A stretch of DNA of 64,000 bases from Macrostomum hystrix (lineage: Eukaryota; Animalia; Platyhelminthes): contig CATNEN010000039.1 in NCBI GenBank assembly GCA_950097015.1, forward strand, positions 3,100,001 through 3,164,000, in the 5' to 3' direction. The position numbers and the translations under genes are program-made. The notes beneath the pieces were generated by a model that saw only the letters and a program-made list of their open reading frames with translations, made no database searches and was not told where the DNA came from. Shown here in pieces: positions 1-12,186 of the stretch. Within the stretch, counting starts at the first letter, position 1. Every line of letters starts with the position of its first letter.

Positions 1-1071
1 AGTTTTTTTGTCTGCAAATATCTTGGCTACCTGTGAGCCCTTAACTCTACTGTAACATTCGGACACAGAAGTAGTGTGTTTACTGATGCGGCTAAAACTT
101 ACTTAATTTTCTCTGCAAATATCTTGGCTACCTGTAAATGTAATTGTGGCTGTTAGCAATAAGTTAACAGTAGAACTATCAAGGTGGGAATCAGTGGTAC
201 GATTTTTGTGCTGCACCCGAACGGAACAACGCAAGCACACGAAACTCAAGAACAATGGCCAAATCTTTGTTGCGGATCTTCTGAAACAAAAATCAAGTCG
301 CCAGCTCTTCAGACCGTCGAGATATTCAATGTTTCTGGCCGAAGGTCTGATTTTTTCCCTTAGGTGTATTTCATGCACCCCTATACACAAATTAGCACTC
401 CGTCTTTGCGGCCTTGCCAGGTCTTCAAATTTATCACCCAAATGTGACTGCATCATCTCCGTCTTCGGTGGTCACCTACCTTTATCTAGACTGACTGCTG
501 GACCTTCAAGGGCCACAATCGGTAGAAATAGGCCACCATGGAAACCCTGACGCGAATTTCTCCGATTTCACTGATCAAGCCTAAATATTAGGCGCAGCTC
601 AAGCACAGGACACAATCGACTATATTCTGTAAACCAATCAGTCAGTCACCACCCAACGCTGCTGGCATTCAGGCGCTGCCAAAAATATAATGGGGGAATT
701 AAAGCTGTATCTTGCACCGAAGTTACAAGGAACGAAAATCTAATGTTTACTTTGCGCATCTAAAAACTTTCTAACATGTGTCTCTGCAAGCGACATACGA
801 GCACAAAGGAACATTTTTCACAGTCCTTTCTTATTTAAAATGAGCCATTCTAAAACCTGTGAAAACTTTGTTGGCATGAGCCCATATGTTAGCGAGAAGG
901 CATCGGGTTTAGGCAAAATATAGAGAGCCACTTAGTCATTTTGAAGTAAATTCTTCCGCGATAACAAATTTGAATATTGCGTTTAAAATAATAAAACATG
1001 AATATTTGCTCCCTCTCAAAACGGTTAAATCTGGGCTGTCAGCTCGTAGCCCTGATAGCAGCCTGGGTTTC

Positions 1072-3391
1072 TCAGACATATTGCACGTCCGTTTGGCACT
1101 CAGCAGCATCGGCAGCCAGATTCGTCTGCTCAGATGGGAAAAATCCGCGGTAGAGATCACCAACCAGCTCGGAGGTGAAGACCTCACCAGCATTGATTTG
1201 CATCAGGTGCAGCAGAAAAATGCCATTGGTGCCGAGGAAGTCTTTGTCCAGCTTGCACAGCTGATTGCGCTTCTGCTGAGAGGAACAAAGGTGACTGTCA
1301 ATTCTGCCAAACCCTAAGCACACACACGCTCCCAGAAATATAGACAAACGCACACTGTCCTCGCCTCAGATAAGAACTTTGGACCCATGGTGCAAAAGAG
1401 GAAATCGATACCGCCCATGCATTCAAAACCACTACAACTGAATTAGTCGACAATAAAAGTAAATATTCACCAAAAACCTGTCACTAACCTGTTTTTTGGA
1501 ATCTCCCAGGTGGCACTTGTTAAGCAAAGCGTGCTTAGCCAAAAACTTTTGCCTACATAGTGTCAATCTGTAGATCCACAGCAGTAGACTCAATGCGTTA
1601 ATTGACAGCACTATTGGAAAGTAGATGCTCAACAGAAGGACCACCTTCTCAGTCAGCACATTTGTTGATATTGTGCAGTAGGATAAAATTGATTGCAAGC
1701 TCGTCACTTCCTGGTAAGTTAGCTTGCAAAGTCCGACGCTGGAAAACAGGAACGTTGACAGATCAAAGTGTGAGGGACGTTTTTCACTTTATAATTCAAT
1801 ACTAAGTTTAACTGAGAAGTTACTAATAAGCCTGAAATACCTGGGAAGAGCGGTCCCGTTCCAGTAGGACCACAGCGTCATCTCCAGGCCAAAGAATTGT
1901 CGCAGAATACTTAACTACAATAGCAAACAGTGAAACAGCCATTTCCATCCTAATACATTACATCACTTGCGAGTAATTTAGATAAATAAATAAAATTGAA
2001 GTTAAGCAACTTATCGGGGGGGGGGGTGAGTGGCAGAGCGGTTAACGCGTTTGCCTCTCGCACCACGGTCCCTAAGTTCGATTCCACGGCGAGGCCACAT
2101 TTATTTGGGGCGCAGCCGCGGAGAGAAGGCTTGGGGGCTTGTCGTGCAATTGACGCCCTTGAGGGCCAACCTTCAAGACACAGTGAAGTGTACACTGCCT
2201 GACGATGAGAAAGTCAGGACAGATGTACACACCTGTGTGAGCGAATGCCTGCGTACAGTATTTGTGTGCGTGTGTGCTCAGGAGTCAGCGAAATGGGCAG
2301 AATTGCCTCCTCGCTGGCTGCGGGTCTAGTGTCACCAAATGATGTGCCATTGCCCGCAGACCTCCTGCAATTATTATTATTATTATTAAGCAACTTATCG
2401 AAAAAAATCCTGGACAGTTTTATGAAGTGTTAGATTTCATTAAGCTCTTAAGCAAAATCAGTTTTCGTGTGCTTTGAAGCATACATGTACATTTCCGATC
2501 CAACCTCAACCATCACTGATAGAAACTTAAACTAATGTACAACTTACCTGTAGAAAAACGCCTGCCATGCCGCAAACTTTCAAAAGTAAATATGCTGGAA
2601 ACAGACAGACAGACGGGCGACACTCAGCAGGCTTCAGTCCGCAGCAGCAGCAGCTGCATGAGCAGCACCAGAAGCCGCCGTGTAGCGCTCGTCGCATGAC
2701 GTTAGCAACGATAGACACTTCGTCGCGCCGCTGATTGCGGTCCCGATGGCCCGAGCCGCGAGCAAGCCGTAGCAGCTCAGTTGGGTCTACGCCGAGACCG
2801 CCAAAGTTGGTCATGTCCCAGAGCAGCTTTGGTAGGTGTGCGAGAATGGCCAATGCGGCTAGGAACAATGGCACCCACATGTAATAGTCTGCCAATAGAA
2901 TGCGAGTCGAAATTATTCCAGAATTGCGAATTGCAAAAACGTTAAACTTACTTGTACTCCTTACATGAATCTAGACTGTTTCTTAACTAATTTAACTAAC
3001 TTAACTAACTGCCGAATTTGCCGAATGCCTAACTAAAGCACGGCTTGCCGCACAAAGACCAATTTCACGCACTTATCTGAGTCATTTCCTGCCACTCCTT
3101 CGCATCGACTGGAATTGCTTTGTCCCGTTTGAAGATCTTGAGCCCCTGCACCCAGCAGTAGCCTTCCAGCATGCTCTCGTCCTGGTAGTCCATTTGGAAA
3201 GTCTTGTGGGGAGTCATACAAGCCAACGGCTTTGAGAAGAGCTCCCGCAGACCGATACACACAGAGCAGGCGAGCAACAGGGCTGGCGATAGAAGGTAAT
3301 TAACCTTGTCGGCGAAGTCCAAAACGCCAGTAGCCTCGATGATGTCGAAGGACTTTAACTCTTTGAATAGGATGTCGATGAAGGTAAGCAT
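1072..3391 (-). CDS. Innexin (gap junction protein), 5 exons: 3073-3391, 2548-2888, 1841-1914, 1489-1738, 1072-1275
   Basis: Spliced translation shows innexin hallmarks: DFADKVNY, C...YCW in loop 1, NYYMWVP (YYQWVP-like), LPSVGLC...CTISTNVLTEK (FPRVTLC...CVLPxNxFNEK-like) and FLGTNGIFLLHLMQINAG. All four introns are GT-AG and phase-compatible. Confidence 0.9.
2017..2385 (+). mobile_element. tRNA-derived SINE (family A), full length, in innexin intron 2
   Basis: A-box TGGCAGAGCGG, B-box GTTCGATTCC and (ATT)n tail. 15-bp TSD TTAAGCAACTTATCG at 2002-2016 and 2386-2400. Homologous copies at about 7080-7395 and 37165-37498. Confidence 0.9.
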
Positions 3392-3974
3392 AGTGATAAA
3401 AAGTTACGAATGCTGATTCGGCGTTCTCGTGTTTTGTGGAGAAAAACCTGTCTAATAATGATAGGACAGGCGTCATATATCAGTAGAAATGCAATATTAG
3501 CTTATAGCTGTAACAGAAAGCTCGATACCTTAAATTTCAAGCGAGCTATCAGAAAGATACACACACCTACGCTATAGTTTTGCACACAGAAGTGGTTCTT
3601 GGCTAGTTGCATCATGTATCAATTGTCCTAGTGCAGTGGCGGTAAATTTTTCAACTGCAGCACGAGAAACATCAGTATAGCGATCAAGGTAGCAAAGAAC
3701 TCCACAGTCAAACGACTGCCAAGTGATCAGCATTACTCAACGCCTGGCATCTGTTGTTCTTTATCCTAGTTCAACAGGACAGTTTATTGATGTAAATATT
3801 TAAAATACACTGAAATACTTAAGTTGACGCTGCATATCGATGCTCGATGGAAAAACACTTTTCTCGATGACGCATGAAAAATTGTCTCGAAGTACAATTT
3901 TCTCTACATAAACCGCTTAGCAGCGGCTATGGCAATGGCTTAGCATGTGTACGCACACAAATTATTATTAAAAT

Positions 3975-4300
3975 GAATTGGGAATTGAACCTCCGACCTT
4001 CAAGTCATGAGTCCGAAGCTCTAACCCCAAGATTGAATCATAGGATCGATAAAAATCATACCTAACCCAGTGGGCCAGATCTACACTCTGAAGCAAAGCA
4101 AAAGTTATTTTGCCTGTAGCTTAAAAAGGCTGCGGTGTACAGCTTTTCAGTCCGCGGACTCGAGGGCTGCTTTGCCGACCACCCAAATTTTTACCCCGGG
4201 TGATGCTGACACCGTTTCACAGCTGGGTGAACCGAAGCACTAGGGAACTAAGTGTCATGCTTGAGATTTGAACTCCCAGCCTTCCAGCCAGAAGTCCTAA
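3975..4300 (-). mobile_element. Degenerate tRNA-head/CORE-like SINE fragments (family B)
   Basis: GGAATTGAACCTCCGACCTT...GAGTCCGAAGCTCTAAC (about 3981-4025) resembles 42508-42552. CAGCTGGGTGAAC...AAGTGTCATGCTTGAG resembles the CORE-like domain. Confidence 0.5.
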
Positions 4301-4354
4301 GCTTAAAGAAATTGCTTGACGGATCGCTGTTAGAAAAAGATTGTTTCCGAGAAA

Positions 4355-5773
4355 TCAGTCAGCATGTCGAAACCGGACACCGAGAGTTCGTTTCTCGTTT
4401 TGTCCGACAGCAATAGCCGCAGCATCTTCCAGCAATTTGTTCTGACCACTGAGGCTCAGAAGTGGCAGAAGTCCGTGAGGCAGCGGTGGCAGCTGGGTGT
4501 TGCTCGGCCGCCGGTGCCGCATTCGCAAGGAGGGCAGCTCAGCCGGATGCTGGAGCCAGTTCCCAGAGCCTTCGCCGAGAACGCACCGAGAGGTCAGCTT
4601 GGCCGCCCTGTCGTTTGCCAGCTTCTAAAATATACATTTTTGCAAAAGCCACTCGTTTTTGTGGCAATGAAGCTTATCGGGCCCATTTATGAATTAATAT
4701 TTCGAGTTCTGTTCGCTGACCGAATGAAAAATTCCAGTAGCGAAAAGAGATTAAGAAAATTAATGGCCGGTAACAATAAAAATTTAATACGAGCATAATT
4801 ATAATAGAGGGAGGGCTGTCGGGTGGTTTTTAATACCCCTGGTTTTTCCCCAGGGGGGAATAGCGCGTGGTCTTTCTTCTGTTAAGGGTTTGTCGTAAGG
4901 GTACTATCAAGAATCTGTGCGTCATAGCCCCGCGCAACTGATTAAGCTAGCCATGCAGTCACCTGATGCTGTATGAGGCCTCTGTCATAGGCTGCGAAAG
5001 CTGCGCGACTGACACTGCCCGGCTGCTGATTGTCGGACATGGAATTCGCGACTGTCTCAGTTAGAAGGCGGGAAGTGCCGCGCATCGGCGGGTACACGAA
5101 GGGCCGTCCGTACTTCTCCGGTTGGAAGTCGCGCCGGTAGACGCTGAGTACAGCGGTGTGCTGTTCGTCATTTTGCTGCTAAATAGGAGTATAATGGAGA
5201 GTTGACGATTGGCGCACTTGTCTCTAGGTTGTTGCTGCACTCAAAACCGTGCGTCGACATCATTGACTAACTATTTCACTGTTCTTATCATGAGACGACA
5301 CATTCACTGTTCACTGTTCTTATCATGAGACGACACATTGTCATCGAGCCCCAGTAGGATGAGAGGTTTTTGCCATATACACTGCCGTGTCCTGATATCT
5401 CAAGGCCTCAAACAAACTCTATGGCTCTCCCCTGATTCTTTGAGCTGCTAGAACAAATCTAAATTGGGCTACTTACCAGCCAAACAGGCCGCATCGATCT
5501 ACCTGGAGGCAGTCCGCTAGGCGCCTTTGGCGGCCACAGAGCAACGGGTGGCAGTTGAGATCCTCTGCTGATGCCCTCGCTGACGTCAGCAACTTCCTTT
5601 TGCGGTTGCCTTTGACTCAATCTATGACGCCTTCGGCTCTTGACGGCCGACCGTTGGAGCTGTTCCGGGTCCCAGCTGGCAAGGCTGACGGTGCTGATCC
5701 AGTGCGCGTGCCAGGGGCAGAATGAGGGGCGCGACTGGCCAGTGGGCCTTGGAAACCTCGGCTCGGTGAACAT
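4355..5773 (-). CDS. Uncharacterised ~260-aa protein, 3 exons: 5477-5773, 4963-5178, 4355-4624; possible Mn-motif microtubule-associated protein
   Basis: Three GC-rich exons, each a multiple of 3 (297, 216, 270 nt), joined by phase-0 introns (GTAAGT..TTTAG; GTGACT..TTTTAG) into one open frame ending FRHAD-stop. Contains TVSLASW, SVYRRDF and SVSRAAF. An acceptor at 5781 precedes the ATG. Confidence 0.7.
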
Positions 5774-5979
5774 GTTGCAGCTGCGGCGATCGACAATGCG
5801 GAATCAAACAGAAAATCCAAAAATTAGCAAAGCTATCCTAATAATACATTGCAGGAGGGCTGAGTGCACTAGCGCACTCATTTGGTGACTGCAGAGGCAA
5901 TTATGCATATTCTGTTGTGTCTACATCTGCCCTCAACGGCAGCTTTTCTCTTCACAGCAGAGCCCCAAATTAATGTTGC

Positions 5980-6052
5980 CACTCCGCGGAATCGAGCCCA
6001 CGGAACTTGGTGCAAGGGGCGAACGCGTTAATCGTTCTGCTACTCAGCCCTT
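5980..6052 (-). mobile_element. SINE family A 5' head fragment
   Basis: Reverse complement GGGCTGAGTAGCAGAACGATTAACGCGTTCGCCCCTTGCACC...GCTCGATTCCGCGG resembles 2020-2090. Confidence 0.65.
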
Positions 6053-7079
6053 AAAAACGACTTCGCTATTGTGAAGTCCTTGTTAACTACACTCACCGGT
6101 AGGGATAGAAATCGAAGTTAAAAGTTGAATTAACTGCCAGCAGCCTGATGCAAAGGTATAGCCACATTCACACTGCAACGAAATGTGCAGCCCTCTTTAT
6201 TCTGGAGTGGCAAGACTGAGATTGGTCGGTAGATCGCGCAGTTGTCAAGAGTAACAATTGCCGTGGCAATGGAAGCTGCAACTTTTACCTTCCTAATCGC
6301 TGCGACCTCCCGTGGCGACAAAGAAAGCTTCATTGTACAACACGGAACAGGAAAGAGACTTCAACATCATATGATGGGTGCAGTGAAATTGAAGCCTTGC
6401 GTTGGAGGTGAAGAGACTTCTTAACAATGCCGGAGTTGGACGTAAAAATGAAGAGCTAGCTCCGGTAACGCCAGCCCTAGTAAATTAGTATAGAGGATCC
6501 TGGAAGTTAGTTGCTTGTGAAGTTTAAAATCACAATATCCCATCAAGCTGTGCAAATTGTGCCAGGTGCAGAGGCAGCACATAGGACCCTCCGATATCCA
6601 TTTCGCGTGGTCGTCAAGAAGAATCTCAATTCATCATCGGACAGGCGGAGATGCAATACAATACTTAGGCATCAACTTCAAAGCGGTGCAAGAGCTGTCA
6701 TGGTCGATTGTCAGGTGATTGTGGGGTTCGATCTTCTTGAGACTCACCAAGGAGTCAGTGATCTGTCTCCTGGTTTAAAATACATGTACATTAAATAATT
6801 TACATCTATCATAACCGTGCAGCCTCCTGACTTGTGAACAATACACCCACGATCGAGTGTCTAATATTTAACAGTAACAAGACCACGATATTTCTCCTCT
6901 GGGAAAGACAGCAGGGGCTATTTCAAATACCCACTGCCTACTTCTCAATAGCTGCCAACCGAATGACCGATTTTTTGAGTCCACCATCTGAATCAAAATT
7001 TTCCACCCTATACGATGAACTAACCTTCAAAGCCGTACGAGCCCGCATCGTCGAGATATTCAGCGATTCTTGTCGAAGA

Positions 7080-7395
7080 CCCTAATAATAACAATTGCAG
7101 GTGGGCATTTAGTGACACTAGACCCGCAGCCAGCGAGGAGGCAATTCTGAAAACATAGATACTGTACGCAGGCACACGCTCACACAGGTGTGTAAATCTG
7201 CCCTGAATTTCTCATCTTCACGCAGTGTACACCACTGTGCCTTGGAGGTTGGCCCTACAATGGCGTAAATTGCACGGCTAGCCCCAAGCCTTCTCTCCGC
7301 GGCTGCGCCCCAACTAATGTAGCCTCGCCGTGGAATTGAACTTAGGGACCTTGGTGCGAGGGGCAAACGCGTTAACCGGTCTGCCACCGACCCCC
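7080..7395 (-). mobile_element. SINE family A copy with internal deletions
   Basis: High similarity to 2017-2385 on the opposite strand. Possible degenerate TSD TGTCGAAGA (7071-7079) / TGTCGATGA (7396-7404). Confidence 0.85.
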
Positions 7396-8576
7396 TGTCG
7401 ATGATACTGGGGACAAGGACAAATAACATTGCTGTGTATAAACCTCTTTGGTTTTTGCCACCAGACACGCCTACAAGAATCGTTGAACATCTAGACGATG
7501 CCGATGTTTTGAGACTCTGGAAGTTGCTTCATCGGATGGAGCGGAAATTTTTTAGCCCGTGTTCTGAATTTTAATGGCCATGTTATGGACACATGGCTAT
7601 GACTTTCATAAGGTTGCGTTCGCTCGTACAGCAATTCAGTCCGCCCAAAAACCTACCCTAGCTAATGCGGACACAGATTTTAAAGCTGTGTGATCGGAGC
7701 ACTGAGCATTAAGTGTCTTGCTCAAGCGCTCAAGGACACGCTTAGTGGGCTTGTTAATCGCCGAAAAAGGAACATTAGAGACCAATGAAGGCTAGTTAAT
7801 TTAGCAAACCACATGGGTTGTGTATTTTTTGCCCTAAAGTTAAAGTTCTGAAAGCCGACAGGACTGGCGGGAAAACGCATTTATGAATCTGAATGTCAAT
7901 TTCGGGGGCAATTAGTTCAGGAAAGTAGAAATAGCTAGCCAATTAAAGGCTGAACAGACATAAAAACTGAGCATAAAATGTGCAAGTGCTAATAGGCACT
8001 GTTAGATGGCTTCCACACTACCTTTAAGAAGCATAAAAAGATAGCGAGAAAGATCTCAGCAAACAGTGTGCAGATCGGAGTTGAATTGCGAACAGCCTAG
8101 GACAACACTAAAACAAAGAAATGTCAGACAATAATTTTCAGGCTTGCAATATTTCAAGCAGAAAACAATCTTAGCAATTTAACTAGGAAAATCACTAGAT
8201 GCCTACTGAAATAAGTAGTTAAACAGGCGAATGTAATTTTGCAATTATCAAATCTATCAAACAAAGCTTGCTCAGAGTTCAAAGAATGTAATTCATACTA
8301 TTAATTATAAATTAATACGTGCTTCTACGAGTAATAAAGCGAGCACATCATAGTTTAAGTAGAGTATCTTTATAGCAAAGTGAATCGACATTAAAATCTT
8401 TTAATGCCCTCGGTAGCTTGAGTAAAAATTTATTATTTATCAATTAAAAATTAACATTCACGAAACTGTCACAAGCGGAGCATGAACGTATATCTAATTT
8501 AATGTATTCCACGTGGACCGCATATTCCTAGCCAATAATGCTAACAAAATGGCACTTGTCGGTGCACGGCCGAGCC

Positions 8577-10892
8577 TTACATGACAAACTTGTAAATCAG
8601 GTAGGCAGCCAGAAGCACACCGATGGGAATAAGGAAGCCACTCCATGAGGAGCCGGCACCGCTGCCCCCAGCGCCCCTGGACTCCGGCCCGACGGAGGTC
8701 AGGCTGCTCTTCTGCTCCTTCTCCAGCACCTCGCCGATGGCATACTGCTCCATCATCTCGCGGGCGTCTGTAGAATGGCCGACATCTTCGAAAGCTTCAG
8801 TTGCAAAGCCGCCGGCCTGTTCAAGGAGGACTTCCTCACCGCCAGGGTGCTTAAAAATGAGAAGGTTAGAGGCAGTAAGCCTTGGGAAAATGATATGAGA
8901 GCAGGTATATTCATTTAGTTCAGGACTTCAACCTGTCAATTGTAGACAAAAAGCCGCCTTGGGTCATGGCTGTTTAGTATATTGCCTGTTCTTCAGTAAA
9001 GCACTATATTATTTAAAGCACAATACTTTAATCTAATTGCAAAGTGCAATATTTTAGTTCATACTAGGTTATAAATGTATTCCCATTCCCAAAAATACAA
9101 CTATGAGATTAACTTGACTAAAGCATACAAAGTTTCTATGAATAATACTTCTTAACTATACTTAAAAATGCATTTGTTGCTATACATAGCAAAGTGCTAC
9201 TTGAATGTTGAATGAGGGTACTACCTTAAACAAGGGTAACTTGTAGGAAATAGTATTGAAGAAATCAGTAAACAGTAATGTCGCTAAATTGTTAATTAAG
9301 TGCATCTGTACTTGCTCCCTCACTTGCATTCTTTTTGCCATCTGCCCTCCTTATTTTATCTACTCTGGCTCACCCCCATTTAAGCCACCCCCACATGGAA
9401 TAAAATTGATAAAAGTGATCAATTTGGCTTTGCAATCTAGTTATCTTGGCTTGTACACAGGCTGCTTGTTTGGGCTCATTTTTCACAAATTACAAACAAC
9501 AACCAAGCAACAATTTGTGTGCAATATCACACAACAAGTAAGCAATACAATTGTAGCTTGACATAAATCCATTATTGCATCTCCTTTAAAGAAAGGTCCC
9601 AAGCTATTGCAACCTTTTAAGTGAGTGAAATTTTATCATGCTAAATAAGCTCACAATTTTTTATGTTACATATTGCAACAAACCATAAGTATAACAAACA
9701 ATTAAGCTGTAGAGTACATGTTAAACTGTAAATTCTTTCACTTGTTTTGCATAATATATATCTACATACAAAAAGCAGGAAGAATTTAATCATGGAAAGA
9801 AGATAATTAAAAAATTGTAAAAGGTTTGTTGATTTTAGAGTTCTGCTGTAGCTATGGAAATGGCTATGTGAAGCTACGGATACGGAGCTTTTTAGACAAA
9901 CGTTATAGATATGGATAGTTATGGGATATTATGTTTCCTATATCTAGTTTTTGTATATCTTGAGTTCTCAAATTTAGTTTACACTTTAAGTAAGTAAAAA
10001 CTAACAACAAAAAATAATGAGAACAAAAAGAAAAGATAAAAAGAGATTGAGACAGAAATACAAAAATTCTATATAAACTAAAGCCAATAAATACTTCAAG
10101 GCTACATGCATGTTAATGGGATATGTGGATGGCTATGACAAGATGTAGAGAGCCAAAATAAGGGCAAATGACAAAGATAATATATGAAGAAACTTCAGAC
10201 TGTCAACAATGGAAACTCTTAATTTCCTGCTGTGGCATTTTGGGGACTCAAGCTCCTAGGATTTCAATGCCACATGCATGTTGTGGGGTAGTGGGCAGGG
10301 GGATTTTACCCCAAACCAGTTGAGTCCTAGGAAAGGCATGAATTCTCATTGGCTGTGGTCTCCTTGACTTTGAAATTCTAATACTCTATTGCTCCTTAGG
10401 CTTCCACTTTCCATATATATCAAAAGACAAAAGGACAGACTTCTGAAAAAGAGCAAACTATAGGCCCTACATCTTACTGAACTTCTCTGAGTTACAAATT
10501 ACATGTATCCATAAAAGAGTAACACACAAAACACAAAAAGTGGAAATTTTTTAAGTTATGGGAATGGATACTGATAGGCTATGAGAAAATTTTGGAGATA
10601 GAAATACAGATACAAATATGGGAAAATTTTGGTTAGGCCTACAATGAAACTCAGATATTCATAACAGAAGACAAAAATGCATAAAATATTTAGGTGGAAT
10701 AAAAAATAAGGAAAAGAAAAGGAAATGAATTTATCTGGAATAAAATTGGCTACGCTAGAGATTTGAAGTGTATCTTACCTCAGATAGAAACTTTGTCACA
10801 TCATAGACTTTGTCATGAATTATGATCCAACAACTTTCAGAAGTTTTATGCTCCTCAACTTCCTTCTTTGATATCTTGCGCAGTGAAGTCAT
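8577..10892 (-). CDS. CYB5: Cytochrome b5, membrane-anchored, 128 aa; exons 10779-10892, 8577-8849
   Basis: [38 protein letters not shown]|[33 protein letters not shown]: HPGG and GHS heme ligands, C-terminal hydrophobic anchor, phase-0 GT-AG intron. Confidence 0.95.
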
Positions 10893-11077
10893 TTTAAAAC
10901 TTTGTCAAATTTTACAATTGTGATTAATAAGATAATAGCATAAAATTGCAAACCAATCTCAACAAAATAAAACTGGTGGTGTGGATGCAATGGTTCCCCG
11001 ATGCATATTCATATTTATATTCGAAATATAACAAACACTCTGGCTCTGTCGTACCAAATCACATGAAAATTTACAGT

Positions 11078-11470
11078 CTTCGAAGGAGCGAGTTATCAGT
11101 GCATATCAAATTTGGAGTCGATTCGTAGTACAGTTCAAAAGTTATTCATAGGCCCTATTCACGTCTGAACTGTGCTCGCCTATCTCCGCAATGCATTTAT
11201 ATGCAATCTTGGATGCCATATTTATATTCAGAATAGAGCCACTTTCGCTGCATCAATTTCAACCAAACTTTACCGACTTCGAACAGCAAGCGAGTTATCA
11301 GTGCATATTAAATTTGGAGTCGATTTGTAGTACAGTTCAAAAGTTATTCACGTCTGAACTGTGCTCGCCTATCTCAGCAATGCATTTATATGCAATCTTA
11401 GATGCCATATTTATATTCAGAATAGAGCCACTTTCGCTGCATCAATTTCAACTTTACTGTCTTCGAACAG
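11078..11470. repeat. Tandem duplication of a ~185-200 bp unit (2 copies plus start of a third)
   Basis: CTTCGAA..GCGAGTTATCAGTGCATAT...CATCAATTTCAAC recurs at 11078 and 11277, and its start recurs at 11461. Confidence 0.85.
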
Positions 11471-12186
11471 CCCTGATCAATATATGTTTTAGCATGCTTC
11501 ATTAATTTCCTTTTGGTAGCTGCTTACTGGAACAGAACGACGCTTATTCTTAGCTTCCCGATCGTCCTTAACACCCGGCCTCCGTCGTATGACATGCGAG
11601 ACAAACGCTTTGTTGGTGAGTGGAAAAAAAGCCAAACCTCTTAAAAGTTCTACGAGGCCACTATGGAATGAAATTCAACATGCAAAACTTTGAAATCTTT
11701 GAGACGCAATCGAATTATCGATTGGTGTGAACTTCACACTTTAATTCACACAAAATTCTGGAGTTTCGAGGCGTCGGACATACAGTCTTTCTCTTTAAAA
11801 AGGAAGAGACTGTGGCTCTACTGGTATAGTCTATGGGCGTAAACAAGATGTCAGAGGCTATTGAGCCCTGTTTTTTACTGTACTTGCACTTTACCAGCAT
11901 ATGGTAAGGAAAGATGACTTCTTTTTAAGATTTATATGTAAGTCCTTGACCTCCTCCTTGCATTTGTCTTTAAATTCTGTCTAGATCGCCTTTTCTTAAT
12001 CCTAAATTCTAGCTATCACAGAAGATTTCTCTGCGAAATAGCGTCGAAAGTGAATCTGTGATTTAGCTGTACGATTATTGTTCTGCGTTAATTTTAATAT
12101 TGCTATCGTTTGTTCTTTTATATTTAGCTAGTGCGCTTATCGCTATGAAGTGCGTTTTTTAATGCGTTTTTTGCTTTTTCTTCTGC

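Noticed and set aside
1-135. 24-bp direct repeat TCTGCAAATATCTTGGCTACCTGT; similar 30-bp duplication at 5275-5339
   Set aside because: Small local duplications with no further structure.
2199-2216. Hammerhead-like core CTGACGA-TGA-GAAA in SINE A
   Set aside because: There is no room for stems II and III, and the bases pair better as the simple hairpin CCTGAC/GTCAGG. A self-cleavage assay would be needed to revive the idea.
2305-2318. GCCTCCTCGCTGGC resembles the P3/L3 segment of the HDV ribozyme
   Set aside because: The P1 partner lies downstream rather than upstream, there is no properly placed P1.1 GG or J4/2 + P2 3' strand, and the 37.2-kb copy breaks P3.
9836-10670. Possible MITE with GCTATG/GGATA-rich ends (similar start near 27514)
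   Set aside because: No convincing TIR pair or TSD could be defined.
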